Source: Macrostomum lignano (taxonomy: Eukaryota). Taken from it: a stretch of DNA of 64,000 nucleotides. The stretch spans positions 930,001 to 994,000 of the forward strand of contig NIVC01000061.1 of the NCBI GenBank assembly GCA_002269645.1, written 5' to 3'. Below are positions 59,861 through 64,000 of this stretch, piece by piece. Position numbers and translations under genes: made by a program. The stretch's first letter is position 1. Each line of letters opens with the position of its first letter. The notes under the pieces were generated by a model. It ran no database searches. It saw only the letters and a list, made by a program, of their open reading frames with translations, and was not told where the DNA came from.

Positions 59861-60321
59861 TCACTGTTTCCTACCCCTATTCGCTCCCATATTTCCTAAA
59901 TATTCCAGCCCTTCCACATCCTCTCATCCGCAGCTCTGCCGCAGCCAGCTTCTTACAGAAACCTGCAGGCACGAATGCAGGATGTGAGGCGAGCTGAACT
60001 TCCCTCCCGGCCAGGACTAATCTGCATTTGCTTGTTCAGCAAGAACCCACTGGCGCACACAGCCGCCACCGTGGGGGTATTGAGGGCGAGGCATCAGCCC
60101 AGGCCACTTCTCCTGATTAGCAGCTTTGGTTTCAAAGTTAGCTGAGCTTGCAACATGCTGAGGCACTGATGTAGCCAAAGTCGAAAAGCTGCTCAAGAAA
60201 TAATTGAGGCTGCAATGAAAAGACTCGAAATCCTTCACTGCACTCAGAATCATGCAGAGCGTTCATTCCTATCTAGCTTGGTGAGCACAGGCTTATGGCT
60301 TCGCCGTGATAGCAAGGTGTT

Positions 60322-60580
60322 TTCTGACAGTCAGGTGCCGCTGACAGTCAGGTGCCGCTGGCAGTCAGGTGCCGCTGACAGTCAGGTGCCGCTGGCAGTC
60401 AGGTGCCGCTGACAGTCAGGTGCCGCTGGCAGTCAGGTGCCGCTGGCAGTCAGGTGCCGCTGACAGTCAGGTGCCGCTGGCAGTCAGGTGCCGCTGGCAG
60501 TCAGGTGCCGCTGACAGTCAGGTGCCGCTGGCAGTCAGGTGCCGCTGACAGTCAGGTGCCGCTGACAGTCAAGTTTCGCT
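60322..60580. repeat. 17-bp minisatellite (G[A/G]CAGTCAGGTGCCGCT)
   Basis: About 15 copies with an A/G dimorphism. Confidence 0.96.
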
Positions 60581-61804
60581 GACACATGAGTTGCGCGTCA
60601 ATTACAACATGACTCAATACCGTGGCAGTCTGCACAGCGCTGCGCACTGTTAGCTCTGAGCCCTTCTTTTGCCAATTGTTTGCTCAGAAAGCTGTGAGCA
60701 GCAGAGCGCACCTGATTTCCGCAGGCCCCCCACCGCCCCCTGCCTCTCGCACAGAGGAAGCTGTTAGCGCGAGCCTGATTATCGCAGCATTGTCCCCAAG
60801 CTGCGTGACTCCTCAATGGACAGCCGGGAAGCATCTCGTAGCAATTATCCTCAACCAGGCCAGATCCCCCGGCAGGGTCGCTAAAAATCCCCTTTTAGCT
60901 CAGGCACAGGCTGCCCATCCGAGTGTGCAACAAAGGATATCGAGCTGGCGCTTTGTTGCCGCCCAAGCAGAAGCTGGCGGCTGTTTGCCAAGTCTGTGCC
61001 CCCCTCTCTCCCCGCTGCATGTCTGCCGACAGACTCCCGGGTCTCCCGGCGGCCTCTGAAACGATTTCCCCAAGGGATCCAAGGGGAAGTTGAGAGCGCT
61101 GGCAAAGTGCGAGAAGAGACGCGTATCTGTCTATCAATCGGAGGACCCCAGCAAAAGATGATGACGGAATTTTTCTGAGATTTGCTCAACCCTCTCGGGC
61201 CGAGGCGGAACTCAATTCGCTGTGCCGGGACTTCGCCCTCTCAGAAATCTCTTTGACTCAAAGCATTTCCCTTATCAGCAGATCCTCCCAGGCTCCGCGT
61301 TTTTCTTTGCGAGAAAGAAATGTTGAAAGTTAGGAAAGGCGGAGGGAGGGCCAGGCGGAGCCGGGAGGTTGACCCCCGCGGCCCGAGCCTAATTGAATTC
61401 CTCTCAGAGAGGCGCAGCGGACTTGAGACACAGATGAAGCTCGAGAAGATTTTCAAGTAGAAATCTCCTTTTTCGTCCCAGAATCTCCTCTTCTTTGGCC
61501 GGCGCGTAACCACCCCCCCCCCGTGTTGCCGGCTCAGACGGATATAGCAAATGCTGTCACCAGCTCCCCCAAGGACAGAGAGTCGCACACCTGAGCGCGA
61601 GGTGTGAGCGATGGAGCCGAACCTGCCGAGAATTTATCCCCACTTCAGATGAGGATTGGCAAGTAGGAACTGGGACTCGATCGCTGTACGGGTGCATGCT
61701 GCCTTTGTCTGCTGCTCACTTTGCGCCACAATACTTTTCCGCTGTGCAGCTGATGCGGCTGCTGCTGCGGGGCTCGGCTCTCAGTAGGGGGTTAGGGGAC
61801 CGGA

Positions 61805-62230
61805 GAAGGGAGATGGGAGAGGGGAGGGGAGAGGGAAGATGGGAGATTAGAGATGGGAGAGGGGAGAGGGGATAAGAGAGATGGGAGAGGGGTGATGGGA
61901 GATGGGAGAAGGGAGAGAGAGAGGGGATAAGGGAGAGGGAAGCTGGGAGATTAGAGATGGGAGAGGGGAGATGGGAGAGGGGAGGGGAAGAGGTGAGGTA
62001 GGAGAGGGGAGATGGGAGACGGGAGATGAGAGAGGGGAGAGAAGAGAGGGGAGATGGAGATTAGAGATGGGAGAGGGGAGATGGGAGAGGGGAGGGGGAA
62101 GAGGGGAGAGGGGAGATGGGAGAGGGCAGAGGGGAGATGGGAGAGGGGGGGTGGGAGAGGGCAGAGGGGAGATGGGAGAGGGGAGATAGTTTAGGGGAAA
62201 TGGGGGAAGGGAATGGGAGATTGGAGATAC
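61805..62230. repeat. AG-rich repeat (GGGAGATGGGAGAGG)
   Basis: Direct reading. Confidence 0.92.
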
Positions 62231-62874
62231 AGGGAAGATAGATGAAGAAGGGACTGAGTAGTGGCAGAAGAGCCCAGCATCAGGCGGTGATGATGCACTG
62301 AATTTCGGACAGCACACCGGGAGCACAGGCAACCCTAGGACAAGGGATCGGGCAGTCAGCGACATTCGATCTATCAAATCTACGAGGATTAAAGCCAAAG
62401 AGAGCTTTCCTCAAAGGAAGCCGATTTTCGCTAATTTCACACCTACAGCCCCCTCTGGGTCAGGGGGAGGTTAGGGGGATTTGCTCGCGCGGCTCAGGGG
62501 CTCAGAAGATAAACGGTCACTGGCCACCCCCATAGGGCGCGCCTTCGTGTTCCCGAACTGCGGCGAGCTGTCAGTCACAGGGCCCGCTCTCAGACCTGAT
62601 CCAGACTCCAGCAAACAGATGATGAGCAAAACTCGCTGCATTCTTGCCCAGGGGAATTTTCTGCACTGGATTTGGAACGGAGATAGGAGGGGCTTATCAA
62701 CTAATCTCTATGTAGGTAAAACATCGATAAAAATGACTTTCAGATGCACAAAATATGATATGCCTTTGACAGCTGTTTATACATTTATAAATTTTTATCA
62801 TTTTTTGTATTTTTGCTTACGTACACAGCATTTGTTCCATGTTTTCAGTGTGCGCATTATTCAAATTACATTAA

Positions 62875-63370
62875 CAGGTCAGTCTAGCAATCCATTCTAA
62901 TCCACACCGATTGGCCAGTCTAGCAATCCATTCTAATCCACACCGATTGGCCAGTCTAGCAATCCAGTCTAATCATTCACCGATTGGCCAGTCTAGCAAT
63001 CCATTCTAATCCTACACCGATTGGCCAGTCTAGCAATCCATTCTAATCCTACACCGATGGGCCAGTCTAGCAATCCATTCTAATCCTACACCGATTGGCC
63101 AGTCTAGCAATCCAGTCTAATCATTCACCGATTGGCCCGTCTAGCAATCCATTCTAATCCTACACCGATTGGCCAGTCTAGCAATCCATTCTAATCCTAC
63201 ACCGATGGGCCAGTCTAGCAATCCATTCTAATCCTACACCGATTGGCCAGACTAGCAATCCATTCTAATACTACACCGAATGGCCAGTCTAGCAATCCAG
63301 TCTAATCCTACACCGATTGGCCAGTCTAGCAATCCGTGCTAATCCTACACTGGTGCGCCAGTCTAGCAAT
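62875..63370. repeat. 37-bp minisatellite (GCCAGTCTAGCAATCCATTCTAATCCTACACCGATTG)
   Basis: About 13 copies. Confidence 0.96.
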
Positions 63371-63626
63371 CCTCTCGATCAGTCCCAGGCTTCATTCCGC
63401 CGACTCCGCCAGTGCTGTCTCATCCCCCGCATCTGGGCTGATCGCAGCCGCTGTTCCGCTGAGCCTCCGACCGTATAGATTTGCGGCTCCGTCTCCAGTC
63501 TTTGATCGGCGCCGCTGTGATGCCTGGCTTTATGTTTCGAAACGTGTCTGGCGTTGACCCTGCACAGCCGAGAGCACCCCGAGCCCCGCCGTTGGTCCTG
63601 TTATTTCGGTAAAATTTTGTCTCGCG

Positions 63627-63938
63627 TTAAAAGTTCGAATGACATGCAAAAATAGACGCATATCTATCTATATCAATCCTCCAAGAAAAACTGCAGCGTA
63701 GAATCTTGCTAACCTTTGTTTTAAGCGAGTCTGCTTTAAAGCAGCAGTGCCAGATAATTTCTGCAACGGTGGCGATTGGCCCCAACAGCATGGCGGCGGC
63801 CAAAAGTACAAAAGTGCCCATCACGTGATCCAATGTTAGTTCGCTATAGCGCGACGGCTTGTTACGAAGGGGACAGCGTCGTTTAGAACGTTTTCTTTTG
63901 TTCGGCCAACTGTTACTTGCTTGCTTGCGTCTGCAAGT
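63627..63938 (-). CDS. Probable last exon of an ionotropic glutamate receptor / IR-like gene (M4 helix and tail)
   Basis: Acceptor aaaatcatcag at 63939, then an open frame TCRRK...ELTLDHVMGTFVLLAAAMLLGPIATVAEIIWHCCF...*. This resembles the L-x-L-x-N-V-x-G-x-F...E-x-x-W pattern of iGluR M4. The rest of the gene is outside the window. Confidence 0.5.
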   Translation of the reverse strand, partial: TCRRKQASNSWPNKRKRSKRRCPLRNKPSRYSELTLDHVMGTFVLLAAAMLLGPIATVAEIIWHCCFKADSLKTKVSKILRCSFSWRIDIDRYASIFACHSNF

Positions 63939-64000
63939 CTGATGATTTTAAAAGCAAATATTTTTTATGACCATTTTTAGCATAGCGGCACTCTCCTCTT

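Noticed and set aside
60000-62900. Assorted 60-145-aa ORFs between the GPCR and the last exon
   Set aside because: No family similarity or codon pattern; likely UTR or intergenic sequence between convergent genes.

Overview
Eukaryotic (animal) genomic DNA, not prokaryotic. GT-AG introns, GC-rich exons, animal USP genes and the heavy load of tandem repeats fit a non-ecdysozoan invertebrate such as a free-living flatworm (inference only). Genes rebuilt by hand from splice sites and phases: an uncharacterised multi-exon gene running off the left edge (-), NOB1 (-, 3 exons), FAM32A (+, intronless), two tandem universal-stress-protein paralogues (+), SKP1 (-, 2 exons), VPS50/syndetin (+, about 11 exons over 13 kb), an intronless aminergic GPCR (+) and the probable last exon of an ionotropic glutamate receptor-like gene (-). 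About 37 tandem or low-complexity arrays are present, and nearly every long intron holds its own array; most long ORFs in the supplied track are translations of these arrays. An AT-rich, CpG-poor domain (about 7.3-24.2 kb) holds non-autonomous DNA transposons of four superfamilies with readable TIRs and TSDs. Mismatches between their repeat copies are largely CpG transitions, a direct trace of cytosine methylation. No CRISPR, rRNA or tRNA was seen. I found no clear novel multi-gene system. The best leads are array-driven intron inflation, the methylation signature, templated copying of microsatellite blocks, and a few unexplained hairpins and micro-exons. Repeat boundaries are approximate.
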